Below, in pieces: positions 13,093-26,761 of a stretch of DNA of 64,000 nucleotides. The notes beneath the pieces were generated by a model that saw only the letters and a list, made by a program, of their open reading frames with translations, had not been told where the DNA came from and did not search any database. Numbering within the stretch: the stretch's first letter is position 1; each line of letters starts with the position of its first letter. The stretch is from the NCBI RefSeq assembly GCF_006345805.1, contig NC_043011.1:27354464-27418463 (forward strand). Reading direction: 5' to 3'. Position numbers and translations under genes: made by a program. This DNA comes from Octopus sinensis (Eukaryota).

Positions 13093-13665
13093 ACAAATTT
13101 CTTTCAGAATGAGATACACATCCAAGGCTGTGAAGATTTTAGAACATTTATAAATAGAAGGTATTACAGCTGTTTCCAGGATATTTTTTATATCCTTTCA
13201 TCGGGGACTGTGTGAGAAAATAGTTAAGCAATAGTTAATTTAGATAAGATATGAAATAGAGAGTGAAGTGGAGGAATAAAAATAGACGTGAGATATGCAG
13301 GGATATTGCATCTGTAGATCCATTATTTAGGCAGAATGGTATACATATAAGATTCCAATACCTTGTGAGTAAATTCCAATAATATTTAAAATTGGTCATT
13401 CCAAGTATAGAGTTTGTACACAGTGCTATTAAATCGAGGGTTTTATTTAAAGTGACCTAAAAGTAGGGAATGTATTTGTAAGGTCAATTCGAAAACAGGA
13501 GGAGAGGAATAAAGAAAAGAAAAAAGAAAAACAAGGAGAAAGAGATAATAAAGCGATGAAGAGAGGGAAAGTGTACCAGTTAGTGGTCAGTCAAGATAAA
13601 TTGATAGTAGGAATGGGGATGTGAGGGTGATAGAGAGAGAAAGATATGAGAGTATGAAAAGATGC
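13093..13665 (-). mobile_element. Inverted copy of PLE 3' terminal repeat (pLTR-like)
   Basis: Diverged but colinear reverse complement of 14510-15078. Contains CCGATGA...GAAAC AGCT GTA on the minus strand at 13161-13210. Confidence 0.75.
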
Positions 13666-13674
13666 TTTTAGATA

Positions 13675-15076
13675 CGATAAGCATAGTAAATCTACAACAT
13701 TCGCCAACCACATACATCATCTCAAAAATACAAATATACCCTATAATCTATCGTGGCCCATATTGGATTCAGGGCTTCCCTACCGAAGTCAACGCTCAAC
13801 CTGATAGCTTTGGCTGAAGGAGGCACTTCACATATTAAAGCACATGCAACCACCACTTTTTTCACACATTCAGATTCTACTTCAAATCCAAATTCCTAAA
13901 TGACCATACGGGTATATTATTGCAATACTCCTTAGGTAATCCCAATAACCTTATAAATCTACATTTTAACTCCTAATCCCTATCTAATTCCTCTTTCATA
14001 CTCGAATATCACAACCATCTAATTATATTCGGATATGCATGCATACATGTGTGCGTGTGTATGCATGTGTGTGCATGTATGTATGGGTGAATGTATGTAT
14101 GTATGCAAGGTATATATACCTGCGTGTGCAGGGGCGATAATACATACAGATACACGTATACATGGGTGTACATATGTACATATGCATATGAATATGAGTT
14201 GTATGTGCAGATGTTGATACGTATAAATATCTGTATAAATATATATACATGTTTAATATATACATCTGTATACATCTTCACATATGTATTTTCTCTAATA
14301 CTAAGCACTGAGCTGTCCAACCAACCTAATCTATATTCCCAAATTCTTCATTCCATCATATTACTACCCCTACTCCCTCTCTCTGCCCCGTCGCTTAGGC
14401 TCTATCACCACATAACTGACACTCATCTACTTTTTACACTATTATACCTCTCTCTCTCTATCAACCCCTCATTCCTTCTATCTGACACTCCTTTACCCTA
14501 TCATCGTTTCACACTCTTGTAACTTTCTCTCTCTATCATCCTCACATCTCCATTCCTACTATCAATTTATCTTGACTGGCCACTAACTGGTACACTCTCT
14601 CTTATCTCTCACCTTGCTTTTCTTTTTTCTTTTTTTCTTTTTCTTTTTCTTTTTAATCTTTTCTTTTCTTTTTTTCATTTTTATCTTTTCTTTATACCTC
14701 TCTTCCTATTTTCGATTTGATCTTACAAATACATTCCCTACTTTCAGGTCACTTAAAATAAAACCCTCGATTTAATAGCACTGTGTACAAACTCTATACT
14801 TAGAATGACAAATTTTAAATACTATTGGAATTTGTTCACAAGGTATTGGAATCTTATATGTATATCATTCTACCTAAATAATGGATCTACAGATGTAATA
14901 TCCCTACATATCTCACATCTGTTTTCATTCCGCCACTTCACTCTACTATTGCGTAACCATTTTCTCACACAGTCTCCGGTGTGGGGATATAAAAATTATC
15001 CCGGAAACAGCTGTAAACCTTCTATTTATAAATGTTCTAAAATCTTCACAGCCTTGGATCTCATTCTCCAAAAATT

Positions 15077-15078
<2 letters not shown>
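13675..15078 (+). mobile_element. 5'-truncated Penelope-like element: GIY-YIG C-terminus plus 3' UTR/pLTR
   Basis: KHSKSTTFANHIHHLKNTNIPYNLSWPILDSGLPY...LWLKEALHIL at 13.68-13.85 kb matches the PLE GIY-YIG tail. The 3' part carries a hammerhead remnant gggata/tatccc GAAAC AGCT GTA (14972-15019). A microsatellite interrupts at 14035-14300. Confidence 0.7.
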
Positions 15079-15107
<29 letters not shown>

Positions 15108-15227
15108 CTATATGTGTGTGTGTGTGTGTGCCGCGAGCGTGTGCGTGTACGTGTGTAAGTGTGTGTGTATAATATTTTTATTTATTAAATCAGTGACTGT
15201 CACTTTGAAAATTCTATGTATTTTCTA

Positions 15228-15790
15228 ACAGGGGTTTAGCAGCACCATCTCTAGTTGAGCAGTTATTCGGTGGCGCGGAAGATAAAATAACCCAGAAGCC
15301 GCGGCCCACAGATATTGCTTTGTGCTGAGTGGGGATGATAATCTCCCTTGTTCGAAAGTATAAGTACACAGATAGTGTGTCGTATAGCCAGCTGGATACA
15401 ATGTTTCTTGGAGCTAAATAACAGTAACTTTCGTCCCAGCTGGGACTGCCACATTATGTTGGCAAACTATTACTGAATGTCTATTGTTGATAGATGTAGA
15501 AATAATAATGTTTGTATTTATTAGATACTTGATTGTATATCACTTTGAAATTATATATATTTTCGAACAAGAGTTTAGCAGCCTCTCCTCGAGGCTGGGA
15601 AATAACTCAGAAACCGCAGTCCATAGATATTACTTTGTGCTGAGTGGGGATGCTAAACTTCCCTTTTAAAAGTATAAGGACACAGGTAGTGTGTCGTAAA
15701 GCCAGTTGGAGACGATGTTTCCTGGAGCTAAATAACAGTAACATTCGTCCCAAACGGGACTGCTACATTATGTTGGCAAATCTTTACTAT
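15228..15790. repeat. Diverged tandem duplication of a ~230-bp unit (15228-15470 and 15575-15790)
   Basis: Shared blocks include gatatt(g/a)ctttgtgctgagtggggatg, gtagtgtgtcgta, ggagctaaataacagtaac and acattatgttggcaaa. Confidence 0.85.
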
Positions 15791-15795
15791 ATATA

Positions 15796-15841
<46 letters not shown>

Positions 15842-16562
15842 TTGACTAATAGAATACGTGTCGTTGTTCACCCTTATCCAGAATTTGAAGGCAAGTGTCT
15901 GTCTGTCACTCTCTCTCTATCTATAAATGTTCTTTCAAATTTTGAATATACAGACATATCTAATACATACACTCGTACATACATACATACATACATTCAT
16001 ACATACATACATACATACATACATACATACACACATACATACACAAATATATGTACGCATATCATTTACTAGTAGAATACATTACTATAAATTCACGAGC
16101 AGTCTTAAACGAGGCATAATCGGTTTAATAGTACACTGCCAGATTTTCTTTTTCCATTTATCTTTTGCGAAAAGCAAAAATTACTTTCCGCTGCACTGGT
16201 AACAATTAGTTGTCTGATGCATTGTGCTTCAGAAACACACTCAACATTAATGGTGTATCTTGTAATTTAAGTATGCGTTTGAACTATTTCTTATTCAAGT
16301 ATGTTAAATATAAACACATTGTTAAGTGGAACTGAATATAATAGTTTCACTTGAAACTATTTTGGACATATCTTTTATATTGTAAATCATTCATTCTTAA
16401 ATTCATTTGAAGATGAATAGAAATCGCAATGTTGGCAGGTAAATCACTCAATGTAATAAAATCAAACTTCTAACATGTACATATCAGTGTGTTCTGTTTA
16501 AAATCCCAGTGTAAATGCAAAATGTAAACTGATATGCCCAGAAAACCTCACACAGAAATATT

Positions 16563-16745
16563 CTTTTCTACTCTAGACACAAGGCTCGAAATTTTTGGGG
16601 AGGTGGTCAGTTGATTAGATCGACACTAGAACGCAACTGATTCTTAATTTATCGACCCCGAAAAGATGAAAGGTAAAGTCGACCTCGGCGGAATTTGAAT
16701 TCAGAACGTAAAGACAGACGAAATCCCGCTAAGCATTTCGCCCTC
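16563..16745 (-). mobile_element. SINE family B (tail type 2)
   Basis: Reverse complement of ttctgagttcaaattccgccgaggtcgactttgcctttcatcctttcggggtcgataaattaagtaccag, a Meta/MESC-like domain by recollection. Confidence 0.85.
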
Positions 16746-17029
16746 ATATAGAAATATTGGAACAGAAATACATCTATTGATAAAGAAAGATTATTAAAAG
16801 TAGCATTAAACTCCACGTTCTATGGTATTAAATCTGTACTTATCACAGCTTTGGTAGTTCTGAGTGCTCTCCTGTCAAGGCCCTAAGATACACAATAATT
16901 CAGAGGTAGAATTAAAAGATCATGAAAAGTAAAGCATTACACCAGATGCAATCCAGCAACTCTCATTATTTTCTCTTGAGTTTTATTAATCGCCCATGGT
17001 AAATTTAGAAGTACTCATTTTTTCTGCCT

Positions 17030-19720
17030 TTAACCTTCCAACGCGGAGTATAGGCCACTTATAATTAAATTCAATGTCGCATAATTTTTCGCTTCTGTAC
17101 TTATAATCTGCCATGAATGTCCCCCTTTCTCTAGTTCCTTTTGTGTTGATCTACGCCACAAGTTCTTAGGTTCACCTTTCCTTCTATATCCATCCGGATT
17201 CCACTGTAAAGTACTTTTCGCTACATTTGGTGTGTCTTTTCTAATTGTGCTACCAATCGACTTCCACTTTTTCTTAAATATTTGCTCCCTAATCGAAACT
17301 TGATTTGTTCTTTGCCATAGCTCCATGTTGCTTATGTGTTCGAGCCATCTAATTTTAAGTATACTACGCAAGCATCTGTTGATAAATTATTGTATTTGCT
17401 TTATTTGACTTAACTGTTGTTCGGCATGTCTCAGCCCCATACAATAACACCGCTTTTACGTTAGTGTTAAAATTCATATTTTGTTCTTTATTGAAGTTAC
17501 ACTTGCGCTCCATACTTTTTTTTAACAGGTGAAAAGCGGTCCTTGCCTCGTTTTAATATCTTCGCCGGTGCCGCCTGAAAGCGTTATCTTACTACTTAAT
17601 TTGTAAACCCGGCTACATTCTCTAGTTCTTCTAGTTCAGTGATTTTGCATGGCTGGTCTAAATTATGCAGCAGTAATATTTGGAATCACGCTTTTATCCG
17701 AAGATCTCATGCTTCCAAGGGATTAAAATATCTTACAGAAAGATAAACTATCTACAATTCCTAATTCTTTATAGAGTCAACTGATTTGTAATAGAAGCTG
17801 CATGAATGTTGACATTATTGTTGCAAGGAAAATTTCGCTCTCCAAATTTTATAAATTTTTCGCAAAATTCTCAGATAGCTGACCTCGAGTGACATTCATG
17901 TTGATAGATTGTTTAAAGTCTCTGTTGTGTAGAGTCAAAAGTTTTGCTATACATTATTCGTCAAGTTACAACAACAGCAGCCTAGCATTCACAGGAGAGT
18001 CCATCGTGTTGCACCGTCTGAAGCCTCCTTTCTGCCAGCGATTTGATCCAACGTTGATACCAGTTCTTGGGATAATTTTTCGCACTATCGACAAACATGA
18101 TATTGCGGTGTATCAGGATATGTTTCTCATAATTTCGACAGTCGTGTTTTACATTTCAGAATGATATTTGTTTTGCTATTGGAATCGCCACTCCTGATAG
18201 CAATAACCTCGTTGTTGTCTGGTGTATTGAAACGGCATGCATGTTCTCCAAAGATCTTGTATTTATCAAAGACAATTTGAAAATCCGAGGTGGGCGCAGA
18301 CTTCAACGCTTTCTTGAAAATTTCAAAATCAATTCAGATCTTTTGCCAAGAGAAAGAGTGTTTTAGATGCGTCTGTCTCTATAACTCATGGCCAAACTGC
18401 AGCTACACTTACCAAATCTCTTCATTCAGAAGTGTCTGAAGAGCTACCTTGTTATGGCAGATTTGCTCTTGCACTTTGAAAGTTGGTAGGAATGCATCTT
18501 CTTTGATACGTTTTTTTTGCCTAAAGATAGTTAATTGGAATGCTGAGATCTATTTTCTGATGTTCTGCAGAAAATGTATGAATTCTTCAGTGGTGTCAGT
18601 AATGCAGCTTTAGGATAACCAAGATCTCAAAGATTAACTTTTCAATACTCGAACTATACATAGCATTTGTCTCTTATTTTCATATCTTGGCCAAATGGTT
18701 GCTAGGAATTTTTGTATATGGTGCCGACAGAAACTAATTAATTTTTCAGAGACATAGTCATTTCCAGGATTATCGTTGAAGGTATCTTCCATCCAATGTT
18801 TATATCTCTTTACTCTCTTTTTCTCTCTTTTACTTGTTTCAGTCATTTGACTGCGGCCATGCTGGAGCACCACCTTTAGTCGAGAAAATCGACCCCGGGA
18901 CTTATTCTTTGTAAGCCCAGTACTTATTCTATCGGTCTCTTTTGCCGAACCGCTAAGTGACGGGGACGTAAACACGCCAGCATCGGTTGTCAAGCAATGC
19001 TAGGGGGACAAACACACACACATACACATATATATATATATATATATACATATATACGACAGGCTTCTTTCAGTTTCCGTCTGCCAAATCCACTCACAAA
19101 GCATTGGTCGGCCCGAGGCTATAGCAGAAGACACTTGCCCAAGATGCCACGCAGTGGGACTGAACCCAGAACCATGTGGTTGGTAGGCAAGCTACTTACC
19201 ACACAGCCACTCCTGTGTATAATTGTATAATTGTATAATATGTGTATAATTGAGATGTAACTTCTGCTTCTCTTTAGTGTTTTTGCTTGGATGACGCTTC
19301 GTGAGATTTTATACTGTTTACGTATTGTGTGCTTCCGGCATTCTATTGGGGCTCTTCTTGTGCACCAGTTGTTTCCGCTTATTTATGAATAACCTTCCTG
19401 GAAGCATTCTGCCGAAGGTACGCTTGTGCCGCTATTTTTAGCTTGCCTGGTAGTATTCAGCTTACGATAAGCAATAAGTTCATAGTAATTTTTAATCTTC
19501 TGCAAAGCTGCATTCATGGTAGCGTTAGCTTGCAGGCTTTATAGTCACAAGTCACCTGTTTCTACTGTTAAAAAGATCACGTTTGGTTTGGTAGGAGGCG
19601 ATGTAGTACAATAGGACAGAGAACCATTTTCTATGGCATTTCTGATGGAAGAATCGTTTTCAGCTAATCGCTCATGAAAGGGCAAATTTTAGTTGGTCGA
19701 AAATGCAAATAAAGTTATCA
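17030..19720 (-). mobile_element. Decayed RTE-clade LINE (endonuclease, RT and C-terminal remnants)
   Basis: C-terminus LRSILKIRWLEHISNMELWQRTNQ...LQWNPDGYRRKG; FNTNVKAVLLYGAET at ~17.45 kb; KTFDS (KAFDS-like) at ~17.94 kb; AP-endonuclease-like remnants at 19.3-19.7 kb. Interrupted by a SINE A copy. Confidence 0.8.
18806..19215 (-). mobile_element. SINE family A (subfamily A2), nested in the RTE LINE
   Basis: Full head (ggagtggctgtgtggtaag...ggttcagtccc), central domain, (TA)/(TG) microsatellite and (GAGTAAAA)-like tail. Confidence 0.95.
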
Positions 19721-20033
19721 CCCACAAATACAACTACCTTGCACCCAAATAAATAGAATATAGCTGATATATAATTCTCAGTAGCTGTATTATATCCTAC
19801 AAATGTTACATTACAATATAATTTCTTGTAATGGTTGATTATATATGATTTCGTGACGGAGGGGGAGAATATGAAAAACAAAACCGAGGAGTGAAAGCAG
19901 TGTTGATGGTATTCGAGAGGTCGATGTAGATACAACTAAATAATGAAACAAGTAAATAATGCAATTTCATAGTTGTAAGGAGGAGGAGAGAGAGGACAAA
20001 AGGAAAAAGAGCAACTGACTAAATATATATATG

Positions 20034-20067
<34 letters not shown>

Positions 20068-20249
20068 GTGTATGTGTATATACATACATACATATGTATA
20101 TGTATATATACATATACACACATACATATGTATGTATATAGTTATGTTAACGAAACAGATATTGGCATAGATATTGATGCAGCAGTAACTTTGGGTGGAA
20201 GAGCAGGGCACATGCCTGTATGTATGTGTGTACACACACACATACACCC

Positions 20250-20310
<61 letters not shown>

Positions 20311-20409
20311 TGCGTTTATATAACTGTATATAGCTCTATATAACTACGCACATATATTTATATTTGCATATATATGTAGATACATATATAAACGCATGCA
20401 TATATACTT

Positions 20410-20815
20410 TTTACTTTTGACTTCTTTCAGCCATTGGACTTTAAATATTCTGGGGCGAAGCTTTGAAGGGTTTAGGCGAACTATATAGATACCATTACAT
20501 TTTAAGCTATGTACTTCTTCTATTGCTCCCTTTTGCTGAACCGTTAGAGTACGGGTCATTAACAAAACACCACCGGTTAACAAGCATAAAGACAGTCACA
20601 AAGAAACACACACACACACACACACATACACACACATCTACACCCACGACAGTCTTCTTTCAGCTTCTGTGTACAAATTCTACTCACAATACAAGTCTTT
20701 TTCGATTAGGGGCTATAATAGAAGTCACTCACTCAAGGTGTCGGAAGTGAGACTGAACACAGGATGACACAGCTAGGAAGCAAGATTCTTAACCACACAC
20801 CTACGCCTGCACCTA
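20410..20815 (-). mobile_element. Degenerate SINE family A
   Basis: Colinear but diverged match to family A. Confidence 0.65.
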
Positions 20816-21814
20816 TATATATATATACATATGTATACATACATACATACATTCATTCATTCAGCCATTCATAAAGATAGACGTAGATATTGATTTCAAC
20901 TTTTGGCCCACAATTACGGAGAAGGAAAAGTCGGAAACATCGATCCCAGTACTCAACTGGTATCTATTTTTTCGATCACAAAATGATGAAAGGCAAAGTA
21001 GATCACTGTCAAATTTGAACTCAGAACGTGAATAGTGACGAAATATCGCTTAGCATTTTGCTTGCTGTGCTAACGATTCTGCCAGCTGTCTGCCATAAAA
21101 TAGATATAGATATTGTAACAGAAAACACTTGGTCACATGAATTTCCGTAGTTTTTACTGTAATTTGATATATCGGTAAAATGTATATAATCGGTTATTAG
21201 ATAACCACGTTAAGAATTGTGTAAATTTACGTGACTTAGAAGTACCTATCTTTTGAAAAGATATTAACGAGGGAAATATACGAAAGCAATAATGATTTTG
21301 TTTGTCTAAGCGTAAAACATTAAAATTTCTCCCTAGAGGAAAACGTTTCTTATTACATCAGAAACAAGCAAGCCAGACTGTTTTTCTTTTGTATTTATAA
21401 TTATGTATTCTGCCTTTCTATAACTCATATAAGCAATATATATGTATATATATATATAAAACAAAATAAGCAACAGGATATCAAGTAGTAATGCGGTACG
21501 AGCGTTTGAAGCGGCTCCGTTTAATTGAACAAAGCAATCATTAAATCAATTTAGATGTAGTGCTAGCTTAAGCTGTACAATATATAGAATTTCTTAACTA
21601 GTAGGACACATTAATATAATGTTTCTTAAATATTTTAAGAGTAAGAAGCCGGAAGAAATTCATGGTGTCGCGATTGTAACAGAGTGGCTAAGAATATACT
21701 ATAATCTCTTAGAATCGCATGGAGCGTAGTGGGGTCATAGGGTTGCGAGGGTTGTAATTCATTTCTAATTTATCTATCACTTTATCATCTATTAAATCTG
21801 AGACTAGAAGACTC

Positions 21815-22215
21815 TCTCTCTCTTTTACTTGTTTCAGTCATTTGACTGCGGCCATGCTGGAGCACCGCCTTTTAGTCGAGCAAATCGACCCCGGGACTTA
21901 TTCTTTGTAAGCCCAGTACTTATTCTATCGGTCTCTTTTACCGAACCGCTAAGTGACGGGGACGTAAACACACCAGCATCGTTTGTCAAGCAATGCTAGG
22001 GGGAAAACACAGACACACAAACACATACACACACACATATATATATACATATATACGACAGGCTTCTTTCAATTTCCTTCTACCAAATCCACTCACAAGG
22101 CATTGGTCGGCCCGGGGCTATAGCAGAAGACACTTGCCCAAGATGCCACGCAGTGGGACTGAACCTGGAACCACGTGGCTGGTAGGCAAGCTACTTACCA
22201 CACAGCCACTCCTGC
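21815..22215 (-). mobile_element. SINE family A (subfamily A2)
   Basis: Near-identical to 18806-19215 and 62908-63324. Confidence 0.95.
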
Positions 22216-22394
22216 CACTGCGTCTATTTTGAATAAAGAACAAGTGTAAGTTGCCAGCTCATGGCTAGGTATGGTCATAAATATTATCATAGTCAAGAGA
22301 AAGGAAATTTGATAGAAGTAACTGTGTATAAAAAAGAGGCAGGGTAGAGGTAGACTTTAAATCAGTTAAAGGAACAAGACACTAAGAAACTTAA

Positions 22395-23510
22395 AATGCT
22401 AATACATGGAAAATTTATGAAGAGGACCATTTATTCAGACGTGTACTGTGATCAGCTGGAAAAATTAAATGCAGCGAACCACCAGAAGCGTGCAATACTT
22501 GTTAATCGTACGAGAATTGTCTTTTACCACGACATGCCAAACTGCACACTACATTGCAAGCGCGGCAGAAATTTCTGGGACTTGCCTGGAAAGTAGTGCC
22601 GCACCATCCATATTCGCCTGATCTTGCGTCTTTGGATTTCCATCTGTCTCGCTCTCATCAAACTTTAATGATGAACAAATCTTCAGTTCCCGAGAGGATG
22701 TAAACATTCACCTGGACGAACTCACCTGTAAAAATATTCCTCAGTAAAGATTTTATGAAGGAAATAGCCGACACTAATCCCCCAGATATACGATCAGGAT
22801 GATCGCAGATATTCTCCAAATATCCAAATCGAGTGTTGTAAACTATCTGCATCAACTTGGTTACATCAGAAGGCTCTATGTTTGGGTTCCACATCAACTG
22901 AATGAGGCTAACTGCGCCATATGGATCTCCGGCTGTGATTAGTTGCAGAAAAGTGAAGAGAATGGTGATGGGGCGAAAAATGAATCGTCTATAACAATAT
23001 GAAGTGCAAATGTCAGTGGGGAAGAGGGAGGCACAGAACCACTACAAAGCCATGAAGGTTACACTGTCTATTTAATGTGATTGTAAGGGTGTTGACTTTT
23101 ACGAGCTTGTTCTCGTAAAGAGGACCATTAATTCTTTCATCACGACAATGCCAAATTGCACACTACATTGCAAATGCGGCAGAAACATCTGGGACTTGCC
23201 TGGAAAGTATTGCCTCGACATCCATATTCACCTTATCTTGCGTCTGTGGATTTCCACCTGTCTCGCTCTCATAAAAATTTAATGAATGGGCGAATCTTCA
23301 GTTCTCAAGGTGGAAACATTCACCTGGAAGAACTCACTAGTAAAAAAATGAAATTTGTGATCACGGAATAATGGATTTGCCCACAAGATAACGGAAGTTA
23401 CTGAAACGAAGCGGTAATTAAATCATTGATTAAATAAACCACTTTTTGCTTAAAACTCGTGTTTTTTTTTCGCTGAAAAAACCGAACCGACTGCAAAATA
23501 TGTGACCAAC
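22395..23510 (+). mobile_element. Two tandem mariner transposase remnants
   Basis: Copy 1 C-terminus TIYSDVYCDQLEKL...FYHD...WKVVPHHPYSPDLASLDFHL. Copy 2 has HQLGYIRRLYVWVPHQL and WKVLPRHPYSPYLASVDFHL, followed by a TIR-like end at ~23470-23510. Confidence 0.85.
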
Positions 23511-24813
23511 GTGAGTTCAAAGACATACAGCCACGACATTATTACCGACAATTATGATTGCTTAGACTAGAACGAAGCAGCAGGGATAGAGTTTAAGTAT
23601 TTGATCAACTTCAATCTAACACAGTCGATGAGTAACTACCACTTTCTATTCAATCGAAAAGTGAAGAAAACTACCTTTGGTTTTAATCACATAAATCCTA
23701 ACTAAATTCGCTTCGGTTTTATTTCTGACACCAAGAATTTCACAGTAGTTAATCATTATATGATTTAATACCAATAGTATTCATCTCCCAATTGAATAGA
23801 ACATATTTTCAATTGCTCAACACAGAGATTACTTAGAGAAACCATACATAAGCACAAAAGTCTATGATACTAGAGCAATTTATAATCTCCCGATAGCCTA
23901 AATATATCAATAAAATGAATTCTTATGTCAAATTATTAATCCTAACCACACACAAAATCCTATTAATAACATATACAGAAAGAGTGAAATATAATTTTCT
24001 ACTTTTCAGAATTCAGTAGGCACATTATACACCAAAATAAAAGATGTCAAGATGCCGAGAAAAATTACAAACGCTTTAAAGAAGCAAAATCACTTTTGTC
24101 TTCAATGATTATAATGCACTGAATCTTATATTGAATTATTTATTATTGAGAATATCTTTTGCGATGTTAAAGCGTATCAAACAAAATTTCCACTGACAAT
24201 AAAAATGAAGACGGCGCAAAATTTAACTTCAAAGTAATCTTCTTTATAATCATTTACAGATGAAAGAAAGATAAAGTTGGCCTTATTTGGATTTGAAATC
24301 AGTAAGTGAAAGATTATAATGTAGAATTACAATTATAAGAAGCTATAAATTCTTCCATTTCACAACCTTTTTGAACCTTATAATAAAAATCCTGGACTTC
24401 CACGACACATGTAGTCGGAGGGCAGCAGGCTTTCCTTTGTAATTTTTTGATAAAGGCAATAAAAGAATTGATAATATTTTTGATGTATTTTATCTCTTCT
24501 CCCTCCTAATATTGAATTTAGCTATTTTATTTGTTGCATGTAACATGACAATTAGCATTAAAAGCAACCTTAAATTAAAGACAGCTATGCAAATGAAGAA
24601 AACCGAATGTCTATGCTTCATATCACGATAGAGAATCATGTAGAAAAACAATTCTCATCTGCGTTTTATTGAACACACTGGAAGGACTAAAATGTCACAA
24701 AAATACAGATTTCATTTATTTCTTTAAATTGATGCTTGCAAAGCTGCATGCATACACACATGCATACACTTCTACATACACAGGTACACACGCATACATA
24801 TGCATACAAGAAT

Positions 24814-24862
<49 letters not shown>

Positions 24863-24916
24863 ATATATATTATATATATATATACATATCTACACGTATG
24901 TACATATGCATACATT

Positions 24917-24949
<33 letters not shown>

Positions 24950-24951
24950 AT

Positions 24952-24989
<38 letters not shown>

Positions 24990-25282
24990 TATATATAATG
25001 TAATTAAGGTTCCGTTGAATTAGGTACTTAAATTGAGGCACCTTGCTAGGTCGCTATAAACTACACACCCAACAATTTTTATTGAATATTGAATATGAGA
25101 CCCCATGCAGGAGTGTTTGTACCTGATATTCCTGCCTTGTGTGCAGACAACGCAACCCAGCTAAATGAAGATATCTACTCTTGGTAATTCAGACATGTAC
25201 TTTTTATAAAGGTACTTTTTATAGTATTTCTGTTATGTAGATTAGTTAAATAAAATATAAATCAGTAACAAAGATGTACAAG

Positions 25283-25509
25283 TGTGAATTAATTACGGCC
25301 GTTTCAAGCAACTCCTTTAATTGATTAATGTAAACATTACATCATTTGAAAGAAACCGTTCTTGTTAAGGAAATGTTAAGTAAATGGGAGTATTCTTTAT
25401 GTTTGAAGTGTATGCAGTCATCTGACGAGAACGGTTTCTTTAAAATGATGCAATTTTTTCATTAGTCAAATAAAGGAGTCACTTGAAATAGCCGTAATTA
25501 ATTGACACA
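25283..25509. mobile_element. Fold-back MITE-like element with ~80-bp imperfect TIRs
   Basis: tgtgaattaattacggccgtttcaag...aaagaaaccgttct pairs with agaacggtttcttt...cttgaaatagccgtaattaattgacaca. Confidence 0.8.
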
Positions 25510-25690
25510 GGTACATATTTGTTACTTATATATATATATATATATATAGTATATATACATACACACACGAACACACACACGAACACACACACACATATAT
25601 ATATATATACATACACACACACACACATATGTATATATAATATATATATATATATACACACACACACATATATATATATATATAATATAT

Positions 25691-25737
<47 letters not shown>

Positions 25738-26279
25738 CAGGTTAATTTAATTTAATTTAATCAGGTTGATTTACCATTAAAAATAGACGAAACGATGCAT
25801 TGTATAAAGTATTACAGGGTAAATGCTTTTTTAAATTTTCTCCTGGTTTACGGAATTAATATTGTTTTGCGGTTGAAGCCTTGGCTGCTATTTCTAGTGG
25901 GTTGAACGGCCTATTATGGCCGTTCCTTAATTTTGCTATATATATATATATATATATATGTATATTTATACATAAATATAGAAACATATATATGAAAAAC
26001 TACGATAAACACAAATGCATTTTATGTTATTTGTTTCCTATACGTATGCATTCAATATGTATATATTCCTATATAAATTTATACAACCTTTCTCTCTCTA
26101 TGTTTTTCATCTATCTACTTATCTACCCAATTATAGGTTATATATAATTATCTATTCTTTTATATATTTATATATATATATATAATTTTATGTATAGACT
26201 GTATATATATTTCATATATATATATGTATGTACACACGCACACACACACAGACACACACACACATATATATAAACGGAG

Positions 26280-26520
26280 TCTGGATATTCCTTCAAAGAA
26301 TACCAGATAAGCCACCCATAATTGGATACAACTTACCCAACAAGAACTCACTACTTGAATGGACCATAAACAAAACTTGACTTAAACAGGATTCGAATAA
26401 TCCTATCAGGTGGTGCTATTAAGTTAGACATGGCCTGGACCAATCTTTGGTCGAAACATATCTAAGTTTATATCCATTCAGTAACGTATCGTATTGTATA
26501 TTGTATTAGAATTAAAAAGC
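26280..26520 (+). mobile_element. PLE-type 3' fragment with degenerate hammerhead-like motif
   Basis: cctg gacca atctt tggtc GAAAC ATAT at 26434-26461: perfect stem II and palindromic stem III loop, but the core lacks ATGA. Confidence 0.4.
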
Positions 26521-26761
26521 GTAAAGTAATATATGTTCTAGTTCAAACAGTAATTATTAAATAAATGTTTTTTTTTTTGAAATGACAAATCTTAACAGTA
26601 ACTTTTCAATATAATCTCTATGCATATTTTATATGCAATGTTATATTTTAATTTCATTTTACATATCTGTAGATGCATCGCCGTTGCTTAATAACTATTC
26701 ATTACAAGTACGAAGGTGAATGAGACATTGAAGACAAACGAAGTGGAAATGATCCTATGGA

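Noticed and set aside
15578-15610. cagcctctcctcgaggctggg resembling HDV P3/L3 on the plus strand
   Set aside because: No P1 partner or P2 closure found, and it is absent from the paralogous copy.
18997-19230. Recurrent ORF MLGG...RQASFSFRLPNPLT...LLTTQPLL (also 21993 and 63095)
   Set aside because: Antisense reading of SINE A. The shared frame in three copies is compatible with chance and with the ORF track listing only open frames.
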